Assembly: GCA_964016885.1 (NCBI GenBank)
Contig: OZ024740.1
Span: forward strand, 441,750,001 to 441,814,000
Reading direction: 5' to 3'
Source of the DNA: Eledone cirrhosa
Taxonomy: Eukaryota
DNA: 64,000 nt
The stretch's first letter is position 1; every line of letters begins with the position of its first letter. Below are positions 39,501 through 59,544 of the stretch, in pieces. The translations under genes were made by a program, and so were the position numbers. The notes beneath the pieces are model-generated. The model was not told where the DNA came from and searched no databases. It was given only the letters and a program-made list of their open reading frames with translations.

Positions 39501-42500
39501 ACGATATATATTACCACAATATAGATACGATATATATTCCCACAATATACATACGATATATATTACCACAATATATATACGATATATATTACCACAATAT
39601 ATATATGATATATATTACCACAATATACATAAGATATATATTACCACAATATACGTACGATATATATTACCACAATATACGTACGATATATATTACCACA
39701 ACATACATACGGTATATATTACCACAATATATATACGATATATATTACCACAATATACATACGACATATATTCCCACAATATACATACGATATATATTAC
39801 CACAATATACGTACGATATATATTACCACAATATATATACGATATATATTACCACATTATACATACGATATCTACTACCACAATATATATACGTTATATA
39901 TTACCACAATATATATACGATATATATTACCATAATATACATTCGGTATATATTACCACAATTTATATGCGTTATATATTACCACAATATATATACGATA
40001 TATATTACCACAATATATATACGTTATATATTACCACAATATATATACGATATATATTACCACAATATACGTACGATATATATTACCACAATATATATAC
40101 GATATACATTACCACAATATACATACGATATCTACTACCACAATATATATACGTTATATATTACCACAATATATATACGATATATATTACCACAATATAC
40201 ATACGATATATACTACCACAATATATATACGTTATATATTACCAAAATATATACACGATATATATTACTACAATATACATACGATATATACTACCACAAT
40301 ATATATACGTTATATATTACCACAATATATATACGTTATATATTACCACAATATATATACGATATATATTACCACAATATATATACGTTATATATTACCA
40401 CAATATACATACGATATATATTACCACAATATACATACGATATATACTACCACAATAAATATACGTTATATATTACCACAACATATATACGATATATATT
40501 ACCACAATATATATACGTTATATATTACCACAATATACATACGATATATATTTCCAGAATATACATACGATATATATTACCACAATATACATACGATATA
40601 TATTCCCATAATATATATACGTTATATATTACCACAATATACATACGATATATAGTTCCAGAATATACATACGATATATATTACCACAATATATATACGT
40701 TATATATTACCACAATATACATACGATATATAATAACACAATATATATACGATATATATTACCACAATATACATACGTTATATATTACCACAATATATAT
40801 ACGATATATATTACCACAATCTATATACGATATATATTACCACAATATAAATACGATATATATTGCCACAATATACTTATGATATATATTACCACAATAT
40901 ACATACGATATATAATAACACAATATATATACGATATATATTACCACAATATACATACGTTATATATTACCACAATATATATACGATATATATTACCACA
41001 ATATATATACGATATATATTACCACAATATATATACGTTATATACTACCACAATATACATACGGTATATATTACCACAATATATATACGATATATATTAC
41101 CACAATATATATACGTTATATATTACCACAATATACATACGATATATATTACCACAATATATATACGTTATATATTACCACAATATACATACGATATATA
41201 TTACCACAATATATATACGATATATATTACCACAATATAGATACAATATATATTCCCACAATATACATACGATATATATTACCACAATATATATACGATA
41301 TATACTACCACAATATATATACGATATATACTACCACAATATATATACGTTATATATTACCACAATATACATACGATATATATTACCACAATATACATAC
41401 GATATATATTACCACAATATACATACGATATATAATACCACAATATATATACGATATATATTACCACAATATATATACGTTATATACTACCACAATATAC
41501 ATACGGTATATATTACCACAATATATATACGATATATATTACCACAATATACATACGATATATATTACCACAATATACATACGATATATATTACCACAAT
41601 ATATATACGTTATATATTACCACAATATACATACGATATATATTACCACAATATATATACGATATATATTACCACAATATAGATACGATATATATTCCCA
41701 CAATATACATACGATATATATTACCACAATATATATACGATATATACTACCACAATATATATACTATATATACTACCACAATATATATACGTTATATATT
41801 ACCACAATATACATACGATATATATTACCACAATATATATAGGTTATATATTAATACAATATACATACGAGATATATTCCCACAATATATATACGTTATA
41901 TATTACCACAATATATATACGTTATATACTACCACAATATACATACGGTATATAATACCCCAATATATATACGATATATATTACCACAATATACATACGA
42001 TATATATTACCACAATATACATACGATATATATTACCACAATATATATACGTTATATATTACCACAATATACATACGATATATACTACCAAAAAATATAT
42101 ACGATATATATTACCACAATTTATATACGTTATATATTACCACAATATACATACGATATATATTACCACAATATACATACGATATATATTACCACAATAT
42201 ATATAAGATATATATTACCACAATATACATACGATATATATTACCACAATATACATACGTTATATATTACCACAATATATATACGTTATATATTACCACA
42301 ATATATATACGATATATATTACCCCAATATGCGTACGATATATATTACCACAATATACATACGTTATATATTACCACAATATACATACGGTATATATTAC
42401 CACAATATATATACGATTTATACTACCACAATATATATACGTTATATATTACCACAATATATATACGACATATATTACCACAATATACATACGTTATATA

Positions 42501-45500
42501 CTACCACAATATACATACGATATATATTACCACAATATATATATGATATATATTACCACAATATATATACGATATATATTAATACAATATACATACGATA
42601 TATATTACCAGAATATATATACGATATATATTACCACAATATATATCCGATATATACTACCACAATATACATACGATATATATTACCACAATATACATAC
42701 GATGTATATTACCACAATATACATACGGTATATATTACCACAATATATATACGATATATATGACCACAATATATATACGATATATATTATCACAATATAT
42801 ATACGATATATATTACCACAATATATATACGATATATATTACCACAATATACATACGATATATATTACAACAATATACTTACGTTATATATTACCACAAT
42901 ATACATACAGTATATATTACCACAATATATATACGATATATACTACCACAATATATATACGTTATATATTACCACAATATACATACGATATATATTACCA
43001 CAATATACATACGATATATATTACCCCAATATATATACGATATACACTACTACAATATATATACGATATATACTACCACAATATATATACGATATATACT
43101 ACCACAATATATATACGTTATATATTACCACAATATATATACGATATATATTACCACAATATATAAACGTTATATACTACCACAATTTACATACGATATA
43201 TATTACCACAACATACATACGGTATATATTACCACAATATATATACGATATATATTACCACAATATACATACGACATATATTCCCACAATATACATACGA
43301 TATATATTACCACAATATACGTACGATATATATTACCACAATATATATACGATATATATTACCACATTATACATACGATATCTACTACCACAATATATAT
43401 ACGTTATATATTACCACAATATATATACGATATATATTACCATAATATACATTCGGTATATATTACCACAATTTATATGCGTTATATATTACCACAATAT
43501 ATATACGATATATATTACCACAATATATATACGTTATATATTACCACAATATACATACGATATATATTACCACAATATACGTACGATATATATTACCACA
43601 ATATATATACGATATATATTACCACAATATACATACGATATCTACTACCACAATATATATACGTTATATATTACCACAATATATATACGATATATATTAC
43701 CACAATATACATACGATATATACTACCACAATATATATACGTTATATATTACCACAATATATACACGATATATATTACCACAATATACATACGATATATA
43801 CTACCACAATATATATACGTTATATATTACCACAATATATATACGTTATATATTACCACAATATATATACGATATATATTACCACAATATATATACGTTA
43901 TATATTACCACAATATACATACGATATATATTACCACAATATACATACGATATATACTACCACAATAAATATACGTTATATATTACCACAACATATATAC
44001 GATATATATTACCACAATATATATACGTTATATATTACCACAATATACATACGATATATATTTCCAGAATATACATACGATATATATTACCACAATATAC
44101 ATACGATATATATTCCCATAATATATATACGTTATATATTACCACAATATACATACGATATATAGTTCCAGAATATACATACGATATATATTACCACAAT
44201 ATATATACGTTATATATTACCACAATATACATACGATATATAATAACACAATATATATACGATATATATTACCACAATATACATACGTTATATATTACCA
44301 CAATATATATACGATATATATTACCACAATATATATACGATATATATTACCACAATATAAATACGATATATATTGCCACAATATACTTATGATATATATT
44401 ACCACAATATACATACGATTTATAATAACACAATATATATACGATATATATTACCACAATATACATACGTTATATATTACCACAATATATATACGATATA
44501 TATTACCACAATATATATACGATATATATTACCACAATATATATACGTTATATACTACCACAATATACATACGGTATATATTACCACAATATATATACGA
44601 TATATATTACCACAATATATATACGTTATATATTACCACAATATACATACGATATATATTACCACAATATATATACGTTATATATTACCACAATATACAT
44701 ACGATATATATTACCACAATATATATACGATATATATTACCACAATATAGATACGATATATATTCCCACAATATACATACGATATATATTACCACAATAT
44801 ATATACGATATATACTACCACAATATATATACGATATATACTACCACAATATATATACGTTATATATTACCACAATATACATACGATATATATTACCACA
44901 ATATACATACGATCTATATTACCACAATATACATACGATATATAATACCACAATATATATACGTTATATATTACCACAATATATATACGATATATATTAC
45001 CACAATATATATACGTTATATATTACCACAATATACATACGATATATATTACCACAATATACATACGATATATATTACCACAATATATATACGATAAATA
45101 CTACCACAATATACATACGATATATATTACCACAATATATATACGATATATATTACCACAATATATATACGTTATATATTACCACAATATACATACGATA
45201 TATATTACCACAATATATATACGATATATACTACCACAATATATATACGATATATATTACCACAATATACATACGACATATATTACCACAATATACATAC
45301 GGTATATACTACCACAATATATATACGATATATATTACCACAATATACATATGATATATATTACCACAATATACACACGATATATACTACCACAATATAT
45401 ATACGTTATATATTACCACAATATATATACGTTATATATTACCACAATATATATACGATATATATTACCACAATATATATACGTTATATATTACCACAAT

Positions 45501-48500
45501 ATACATACGATATATGTTACCACAATATAAATACGATATATACTACGACAATATACATACGATATATATTACCACAATATACATACTATATATATTACCA
45601 CAATATACATATGATATATATTACCACAATATACATACGATATATACTACGACAATATACATACGATATATATTACCACAATATACATACGATATATACT
45701 ACGACAATATACATACGATATATATTACCACAATATACATACTATATATATTACCACAATATACATATGATATATATTACCACAATATACATACGATATA
45801 TATTACCACAATATACATACGATATATATTACACAATATACATACTGTATATATTACCACAATATATATACGATATATATTACCAAAATATACATACAAT
45901 ATATATTAACATAATATACATACGATATATATTAATACAATATATATACGATATATATTATATTACCACAATATACATACGATATATATTACCACAATAT
46001 ATATACGTTATATATTACCACAATATACATACGATATATATTACCACAATATACATAAGATATATATTACCTCAATATATATACGATATATATTACCACA
46101 ATATATATACGATATATATTACCACAATATATATACGATATATATTACCACAATATACATACGTTATATATTACCACAATATACATTCGTTATATATTAC
46201 CACAATATACATACGATGTATACTACCACAATATACATACGATATATATTACCACAATATACATACGGTATATATTACCACAATATATATACGATATATA
46301 TTACCACAATATACATACGATATATATTCCCACAATATATATACGATATATATTACCACAATATATATACGATATATATTACCACAATATATATACGTTA
46401 AATATTACCACAATATACATACGATATATATTACCACAATATATATACGATATATATTACCACAATATAGATACGATATATATTCCCACAATATACATAC
46501 GATATATATTACCACAATATATATACGATATATACTACCACAATATATATACGATATATAATACCACAATATATATACGTTATATATTACCACAATATAC
46601 ATACGATATATATTACCACAATATACATACGATATATATTACCACAATATACATACGATATATAATACCACAATATATATACGTTATATATTACCACAAT
46701 ATATATACGATATATATTACCACAATATATATACGTTATATATTACCACAATATACATACGATATATATTACCACAATATACATACGATATATATTACCA
46801 CAATATATATACGATAAATACTACCACAATATACATACGATATATATTACCACAATATATATACGATATATATTACCACAATATATATACGTTATATATT
46901 ACCACAATATACATACGATATATATTACCACAATATATATACGATATATACTACCACAATATATATACGATATATATTACTACAATATACATACGACATA
47001 TATTACCACAATATACATACGGTATATACTACCACAATATATATACGATATATATTACCACAATATACATACGATATATATTACCACAATATACAAACGA
47101 TATATACTACCACAATATATATACGTTATATATTACCACAATATATATACGTTATATATTACCACAATATATATACGATATATATTACCACAATATATAT
47201 ACGTTATATATTACCACAATATACATACGATATATGTTACCACAATATAAATACGATATATATTACCACAATATACATACGATATATACTACGACAATAT
47301 ACATACGATATATATTACCACAATATACATACTATATATATTACCACAATATACATATGAAATATATTACCACAATATACATACGATATATATTACCACA
47401 ATATATATACGATATATATTACCACAATATACATACGATATATATTACCACAATATACATACGATATATATTACCACAATATACATACTGTATATATTAC
47501 CACAATATATATACGATATATATTACCAAAATATACATACAATATATATTAACATAATATACATACGATATATATTAATACAATATATATACGATATATA
47601 TTATATTACCACAATATACATACGATATATATTACCACAATATATATACGATAAATACTACCACAATATACATACGATATATATTACCACAATATATATA
47701 CGTTATATATTACCACAATATACATACGATATATATTACCACAATATACATAAGATATATATTACCTCAATATATATACGATATATATTACCACAATATA
47801 TATACGATATATATTACCACAATATATATACGATATATATTACCACAATATACATACGTTATATATTACCACTATATACATTCGTTATATATTACCACAA
47901 TATACATACGATGTATACTACCACAATATGCATACGATATATATTACCACAATATACATACGGTATATATTACCACAATATGTATACGATATATATTACC
48001 ACAATATACATACGATATATATTCCCACAATATATATACGATATATATTACCACAATATATATACGATATATATTACCACAATATATATACGATATATAT
48101 TACCACAATATATATACGTTGTATATTAATACAATATACATACGAGATATATTACCACAATATATATACGTTATATATTACCACAATATATATACGTTAT
48201 ATACTACCACAATATATATACGGTATATATTACCACAATATATATACGATATATATTACCACAATATACATACGATATATATTACCACAATATTCATACG
48301 ATATATATTACCACAATATATATACGTTATATATTAACACAATATACATACGATATATACTACCACAATATATATACGATATATATTACCACAATATATA
48401 TACGTTATATATTACCACAATATACATACGATATATATTACCACAATATATATAAGATATATATTACCACAATATACATACGATATATATTACCACAATA

Positions 48501-49989
48501 TACATACGTTATATATTACCACAATATATATACGTTATATATTACCACAATATAAATACGATATATATTACCACAATATACATAAGATATATATTACCAC
48601 AATATACATACGATATATATTACCACAATATATATACGATATATATTACCACAATATTCATACGATATATATTTCCACAATATACATACGATATATATTA
48701 CCACAATATACATACGATATATATTACCACAATATACATACGGTATACATTACCACAATATATATACGATATATATTACCACAATATATACACGATATAT
48801 ATTACCACAATATATATACGTTATATATTAATACAATATACATACGAGATATATTACCACAATATATATACGTTATATACTACCACAATATATATACAGT
48901 ATATATTACCACAATATATATACGATATATATTACCACAATATACATACGATATATATTACCACAATATACATACGATATATATTACCACGATATATATA
49001 CGTTATATATTACCACAATATACATACGATATATATTACTACAATATACATACGATATATATTACCACAATATATATAATATATATATTACCACAATATA
49101 CATACGATATATATTACCACAATATACATACGTTACATATTACCACAATATATATAAATTATAAATTACCACAATATATATACGATATATATTACCACAA
49201 TATACATATAATATGTATTACCACAATATACATACGGTATATATTACCACAATATACATACAGTATATATTACCACAATATATATACGATATATACTACC
49301 ACAATATATATACGTTATGTATTACCACAATATACATACGATATATATTACCACAATATACATACGATATATATTACCCCAATATATATACGATATATAC
49401 TACCACAATATATATACGATATATACTACCACAATATATATACGATATATACTACCACAATATATATACGTTATATATTACCACAATATATATACGATAT
49501 ATATTACCACAATATATAAACGTTATATACTACCACAATTTACATACGACATATATTCCCACAATATACATACGATATATATTACCACAATATACGTACG
49601 ATATATATTACCACAATATATATACGATATATATTACCACAATATACATACGATATCTACTACCACAATATATATACGTTATATATTACCACAATATATA
49701 TACGATATATATTACCATAATATACATTCGGTATATATTACCACAATTTATATGCGTTATATATTACCACAATATATATACGATATATATTACCACAATA
49801 TATATACGTTATATATTACCACAATATACGTACGATATATATTACCACAATATATATACGATATATATTACCACAATATACATACGATATCTACTACCAC
49901 ATTATATATACGTTATATATTACCACAATATATATACGATATATATTACCACAATATACATACGATATATACTACCACAATATATATAC

Positions 49990-50420
49990 GTTATATATTA
50001 CCACAATATATACACGATATATATTACCACAATATACATACGATATATACTACCACAATATATATATGTTATGTATTACCACAATATATATACGTTATAT
50101 ATTACCACAATATATATACGATATATATTACCACAATATATATACGATATATATTACCACAATATACATACGACATATATTCCCACAATATACATACGAT
50201 ATATATTACCACAATATATACACGATATATATTACCACAATATACATACGATATATACTACCACAATATATATATGTTATGTATTACCACAATATATATA
50301 CGTTATATATTACCACAATATATATACGATATATATTACCACAATATATATACGATATATATTACCACAATATACATACGACATATATTCCCACAATATA
50401 CATACGATATATATTACCAC
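49990..50420 (+). repeat. Tandem duplication of 8 monomers (208 bp), also present in the 55.7-kb copy
   Basis: ATGTTATGTA is at 50066 and 50274, and again at 55716 and 55924. The related segments at 7524 and 11268 have a single copy. Confidence 0.85.
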
Positions 50421-52019
50421 AATATACATACGATATATATTACCACAATATACATACGATATATACTACCACAATAAATATACGTTATATATTACCACAA
50501 CATATATACGATATATCTTACCACAATATATATACGTTATATATTACCACAATATACATACGATATATATTTCCAGAATATACATACGATATATATTACC
50601 ACAATATACATACGATATATATTACCATAATATATATACGTTATATATTACCACAATATACATACGATATATATTACCACAATATACATACGATATATAT
50701 TACCACAATATATATACGGTATATATTAGCACAATATATATACGATATATACTACCACAATATACATACGATATATATTACCAGAATATACATACGGTAT
50801 ATATTACCACAATATATATACGATATATATTACCACAATATACATACGATATATATTCCCACAATATACTTATGATATATATTACCACAATATACATACG
50901 TTATATATTACCACAATATATATACGATATATATTACCACAATATATATACGATATATATTACCACAATATATATACGTTATATACTACCACAATATACA
51001 TACGGTATATATTACCACAATATATATACGATATATATTACCACAATATACATACGATATATATTACCACAATATACATACGATATATATTACCACAATA
51101 TATATACGTTATATATTACCACAATATACATACGATATATACTACCACAAAATATATACGATATATATTACCACAATATATATACGTTATATATTACCAC
51201 AATATACATACGATATAGATTACCACAATATACATACGATATATATTACCACAATATATATACGATATATATTACCACAATATAGATACGATATATATTC
51301 CCACAATATACATACGATATATATTACCACAATATATATACGATATATACTACCACAATATATATACGATATATACTACCACAATATACATACGATATAT
51401 ACTACCATAATATATATACGATATATACTACCACAATATATATACGTTATATATTACCACAATATACATACGATATATATTACCACAATATATATACGAT
51501 AAATATTACCACAATATACATACGATATATATTACCACAATATACATACGATATATATTACCACAATATTCATACGATATATATTACCACAATATACATA
51601 CGATATACATTACCACAATATACATACGATATATATTACCACAATATATATACGATATATATTACCACAATATACATACGATATATATTACCACAATATA
51701 CATACGATATATATTACCACAATATACATACGGTATATATTACCACAATATATATACGAAATATATTACCAAAATATACATACAATATATATTACCACAA
51801 TATACATACCATATATATTAATACAATATATATACGATATATATTTCCAGAAACTACATACGATATATATTACCACAATATACATAAGATATATATTACC
51901 ACAATATATATACGATATATATTACCACAATATACATACGATATATATTACCACAATATATATTCGTTATATATTACCACAATATACATACGTTTTATAT
52001 TACCACAATATATATACTA

Positions 52020-53545
52020 TATATATTACCACAATATACATATAACATGTATATACTACCACAATATATATTCGATATATATTACCACAATATATATACG
52101 TTATATATTACCACAATATACATACGATATATATTACCACAATATACATACGATATATATTACCACAATATATATAAGATATATATATTACCACAATATA
52201 CATACGATATATATTACCACGATATATATACGTTATATATTACCACAATATACATACGATATATACTACCTCAATATATATACGATATATATTACCACAG
52301 TATATATACGTTATATATTACAACAATATACATACGATATATATTACCACAATATATATACGATATATATTAATACGATATATAATACCACAATATATAT
52401 ACGACATATACTACCACAATATATATACGATATATACTACCACAATATACATACGATATATATTACCACAATATATATACGTTATATATTACCACAATAT
52501 ATATACGATATATATTACCACAATATATATACGTTATATATTACCACATACGATATATATTACCACATTATATATATGATATATATTACCACAATATCTA
52601 TACGTTATATATTATCACAATATACATACGATATATATTACCACAATATACATACGATATATATTACCACAATATATATAAGATATATATATTACCACAA
52701 TATACATACGATATATATTACCACGATATATATACGTTATATATTACCACAATATACATACGATATATACTACCACAATATATATACGATATATATTACC
52801 ACAGTATATATACGTTATATATTACCACAATATACATACGATATATATTACCACAATATACATACGATATATATTACCACAATATATATAATATATATAT
52901 TACCACAATATATATACGATATATATTACCACAATATACATACGTTATATATTACCACAATATATATACGTTATAAATTACCACAATATATATACGATAT
53001 ATATTACCACAATATACATATAATATGTATATACTACCACAATATATATTCGATATATATTACCACAATATATATACGTTATATATTACCACCATATACA
53101 TACGATATATATTACCACAATATACATACGATATTTATTACCACAATATATATAAGATATATATATATTACCACAATATACATACGATATATATTACCAC
53201 GATATATGTACGTTATATATTACCACAATATACATACGATATATACTACCACAATATATATACGATATATATTACCACAGTATATATACGTTATATATTA
53301 CAACAATATACATACGATATATATTACCACAATATATATACGATATATATTAATACGATATATAATACCACAATATATATACGACATATACTACCACAAT
53401 ATATATACGATATATACTACCACAATATACATACGATATATATTACCACAATATATATACGTTATATATTACCACAATATATATACGATATATATTACCA
53501 CAATATATATACGTTATATATTACCACATACGATATATACTACCA
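52020..53545 (+). repeat. Second copy of the indel-rich sub-block
   Basis: 15-bp monomers at 52370 and 53350, 19-bp monomers at 52541 and 53521. ORF 52047 is identical to ORF 15230 (offset 36817, also 16208/53025). Confidence 0.88.
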
Positions 53546-56500
53546 CAATATACATACGATATATATTACCACAATATACATACGGTATATATTACCACAA
53601 TATATATACGATATATATTACCACAATATACATATGATATATATTCCCACAATATATATACGATATATATTACCACAATATATATGCGATATATATTACC
53701 ACAATATATATACGATATATATTACCACAATATATATACGATATATATTACCACAATATATATACGTTGTATATTAATACAATATACATACGAGATATAT
53801 TACCACAATATATATACGTTATATATTACCACAATATATATACGTTATATACTACCACAATATATATACGGTATATATTGCCACAATATATATACGATAT
53901 ATATTACCACAATATACATACGATATATATTACCACAATATTCATACGATATATATTACCACAATATATATACGTTATATATTAACACAATATACATACG
54001 ATATATACTACCACAATATATATACGATATATATTACCACAATATATATACGTTATATATTACCACAATATACATACGATATATATTACCACAATATATA
54101 TAAGATATATATTACCACAATATACATACGATATATATTACCACAATATACATACGTTATATATTACCACAATATATATACGTTATATATTACCACAATA
54201 TAAATACGATATATATTACCACAATATACATAAGATATATATTACCACAATATACATACGATATATATTACCACAATATATATACGATATATATTACCAC
54301 AATATTCATACGATATATATTTCCACAATATACATACGATATATATTACCACAATATACATACGATATATATTACCACAATATACATACGGTATACATTA
54401 CCACAATATATATACGATATATATTACCACAATATATACACGATATATATTACCACAATATATATACGTTATATATTAATACAATATACATACGAGATGT
54501 ATTACCACAATATATATACGTTATATACTACCACAATATATATACAGTATATATTACCACAATATATATACGATATATATTACCACAATATACATACGAT
54601 ATATATTACCACAATATACATACGATATATATTACCACGATATATATACGTTATATATTACCACAATATACATACGATATATATTACTACAATATACATA
54701 CGATATATATTACCACAATATATATAATATATATATTACCACAATATACATACGATATATATTACCACAATATACATACGTTACATATTACCACAATATA
54801 TATACGTTATAAATTACCACAATATATATACGATATATATTACCACAATATACATATAATATGTATTACCACAATATACATACGGTATATATTACCACAA
54901 TATACATACAGTATATATTACCACAATATATATACGATATATACTACCACAATATATATACGTTATGTATTACCACAATATACATACGATATATATTACC
55001 ACAATATACATACGATATATATTACCCCAATATATATACGATATATACTACCACAATATATATACGATATGTACTACCACAATATATATACGATATATAC
55101 TACCACAATATATATACGTTATATATTACCACAATATATATACGATATATATTACCACAATATATAAACGTTATATACTACCACAATTTACATACGACAT
55201 ATATTCCCACAATATACATACGATATATATTACCACAATATACGTACGATATATATTACCACAATATATATACGATATATATTACCACAATATACATACG
55301 ATATCTACTACCACAATATATATATACGTTATATATTACCACAATATATATACGATATATATTACCATAATATACATTCGGTATATATTACCACAATTTA
55401 TATGCGTTATATATTACCACAATATATATACGATATATATTACCACAATATATATACGTTATATATTACCACAATATACGTACGATATATATTACCACAA
55501 TATATATACGATATATATTACCACAATATACATACGATATCTACTACCACATTATATATACGTTATATATTACCACAATATATATACGATATATATTACC
55601 ACAATATACATACGATATATACTACCACAATATATATACGTTATATATTACCACAATATATACACGATATATATTACCACAATATACATACGATATATAC
55701 TACCACAATATATATATGTTATGTATTACCACAATATATATACGTTATATATTACCACAATATATATACGATATATATTACCACAATATATATACGATAT
55801 ATATTACCACAATATACATACGACATATATTCCCACAATATACATACGATATATATTACCACAATATATACACGATATATATTACCACAATATACATACG
55901 ATATATACTACCACAATATATATATGTTATGTATTACCACAATATATATACGTTATATATTACCACAATATATATACGATATATATTACCACAATATATA
56001 TACGATATATATTACCACAATATACATACGACATATATTCCCACAATATACATACGATATATATTACCACAATATACATACGATATATATTACCACAATA
56101 TACATACGATATATACTACCACAATAAATATACGTTATATATTACCACAACATATATACGATATATCTTACCACAATATATATACGTTATATATTACCAC
56201 AATATACATACGATATATATTTCCAGAATATACATACGATATATATTACCACAATATACATACGATATATATTACCATAATATATATACGTTATATATTA
56301 CCACAATATACATACGATATATATTACCACAATATACATACGATATATATTACCACAATATATATACGGTATATATTAGCACAATATATATACGATATAT
56401 ACTACCACAATATACATACGATATATATTACCAGAATATACATACGGTATATATTACCACAATATATATACGATATATATTACCACAATATACATACGAT

Positions 56501-59500
56501 ATATATTCCCACAATATACTTATGATATATATTACCACAATATACATACGTTATATATTACCACAATATATATACGATATATATTACCACAATATATATA
56601 CGATATATATTACCACAATATATATACGTTATATACTACCACAATATACATACGGTATATATTACCACAATATATATACGATATATATTACCACAATATA
56701 CATACGATATATATTACCACAATATACATACGATATATATTACCACAATATATATACGTTATATATTACCACAATATACATACGATATATACTACCACAA
56801 AATATATACGATATATATTACCACAATATATATACGTTATATATTACCACAATATACATACGATATAGATTACCACAATATACATACGATATATATTACC
56901 ACAATATATATACGATATATATTACCACAATATAGATACGATATATATTCCCACAATATACATACGATATATATTACCACAATATATATACGATATATAC
57001 TACCACAATATATATACGATATATACTACCACAATATACATACGATATATACTACCATAATATATATACGATATATACTACCACAATATATATACGTTAT
57101 ATATTACCACAATATACATACGATATATATTACCACAATATATATACGATAAATATTACCACAATATACATACGATATATATTACCACAATATACATACG
57201 ATATATATTACCACAATATACATACTGTATATATTACCACAATATATATACGATATATATTACCAAAATATACATACAATATATATTAACATAATATACA
57301 TACGATATATATTAATACAATATATATACGATATATATTACCACAATATACATACGATATATATTACCACAATATATATACGTTATATATTACCACAATA
57401 TACATACGATATATATTACCACAATATACATAAGATATATATTACCACAATATATATACGATATATATTACCACAATATATATACGATATATATTACCAC
57501 AATATATATACGATATATATTACCACAATATACATACGTTATATATTACCACAATATACATTCGTTATATATTACCACAATATACATACGATGTATACTA
57601 CCACAATATACATACGATATATATTACCACAATATACATACGGTATATATTACCACAATATATATACGATATATATTACCACAATATACATACGATATAT
57701 ATTCCCACAATATATATACGATATATATTACCACAATATATATACGATATATATTACCACAATATATATACGATATATATTACCACAATATATATACGAT
57801 ATATATTACCACAATATATATACGATATATAATACCACAATATATATACGTTGTATATTAATACAATATACATACGAGATATATTACCACAATATACATA
57901 AGATATATATTACCACAATATATATACGTTATATACTACCACAATATATATACGGTATATATTACCACAATATATATACGATATATATTACCACATTATA
58001 CATACGATATATATTACCACAATATTCATACGATATATATTACCACAATATACATACGATATATATTACCACAATATATATACGATATATATTACCACAA
58101 TATTCATACGATATATATTACCACAATATACATACGATATACATTACCACAATATACATACGATATATATTACCACAATATACATACGATATATATTACC
58201 ACAATATATATACGATATATATTACCACAATATACATACGATATATATTACCACAATATACATACGATATATATTACCACAATATACATACGGTATATAT
58301 TACCACAATATATATACGATATATATTACCACAATATATATACGATATATATTACCACAATATATATACGTTATATATTAATACAATATACATACGAGAT
58401 ATATTACCACAATATATATACGTTATATACTACCAAAATATATATACTGTATATATTACCACAATATATATACGATATGTATTACCACAATATACATACG
58501 ATATATATTACCACAATATACATACGATATATATTACCACGATATATATACGTTATATATTACCACAATATACATACGATATATACTACCACAATATATA
58601 TACGATATATATTACCACAGTATATATACGTTATATATTACCACAATATACATACGATATATATTACAACAATATACATACGATATATATTACCACAATA
58701 TATATAATATATATATTACCACAATATACATACGATATATATTACCACAATATACATACGTTATATATTACCACAATATATATACGTTATAAATGACCAC
58801 AATATATATACGATATATATTACCACAATATACATATAATATGTATTACCACAATATACATACGTTATATATTACCACAATATACATACGGTATATATTA
58901 CCACAATATATATACGATATATACTACGACAATATACATACGATATATATTACCACAATATATATACGATATATATTACCACAATATACATAAGATATAT
59001 ATTACCACAATATACATACGATATATATTACCACGATATATATACGATATATATTACCACAATATACATACGATATATATTACCACAATATACATACGAT
59101 ATATATTACCACAATATACATACGATATATATTACCACAATATACATACGATATATATTACCACAATATATATACGATATATATTACCACAATATACATA
59201 CGATATATATTACCACAATATACATACGATATATATTACCACAATATACATACGGTATATATTACCACAATATATATACGAAATATATTACCAAAATATA
59301 CATACAATATATATTACCACAATATACATACCATATATATTAATACAATATATATACGATATATATTTCCAGAAACTACATACGATATATATTACCACAA
59401 TATACATAAGATATATATTACCACAATATATATACGATATATATTACCACAATATACATACGATATATATTACCACAATATATATTCGTTATATATTACC

Positions 59501-59544
59501 ACAATATACATACGTTTTATATTACCACAATATATATACTATAT

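Larger units (their letters stand above)
17300..47090 (+). repeat. Three tandem ~10-kb higher-order units (~17300-27340, ~27340-36760, ~36760-47090); the middle unit is rearranged
   Basis: Identical or near-identical ORF translations start at 18538/28578/37998, 18609/28649/38069, 19391/29431/38851, 19651/29691/39111 and 20145/30185/39605 (offsets 10040 and 9420). Units 1 and 3 are colinear at offset 19460 (22869/42329, 23300/42760, 24929/44389). Confidence 0.9.
48050..57210 (+). repeat. Direct repeat of a ~3.5-kb segment (~48050-51560 and ~53700-57210), offset 5648/5650
   Basis: ORF starts pair as 48119/53767, 49213/54861 and 49317/54965 (5648), then 50066/55716 (5650, after a +2 TA expansion near 55320). 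Confidence 0.88.

Noticed and set aside
46405-46602. The single - strand ORF (65 aa)
   Set aside because: It exists only because variant monomers remove the in-frame TAA stops over a short stretch. It is the reverse translation of the satellite.
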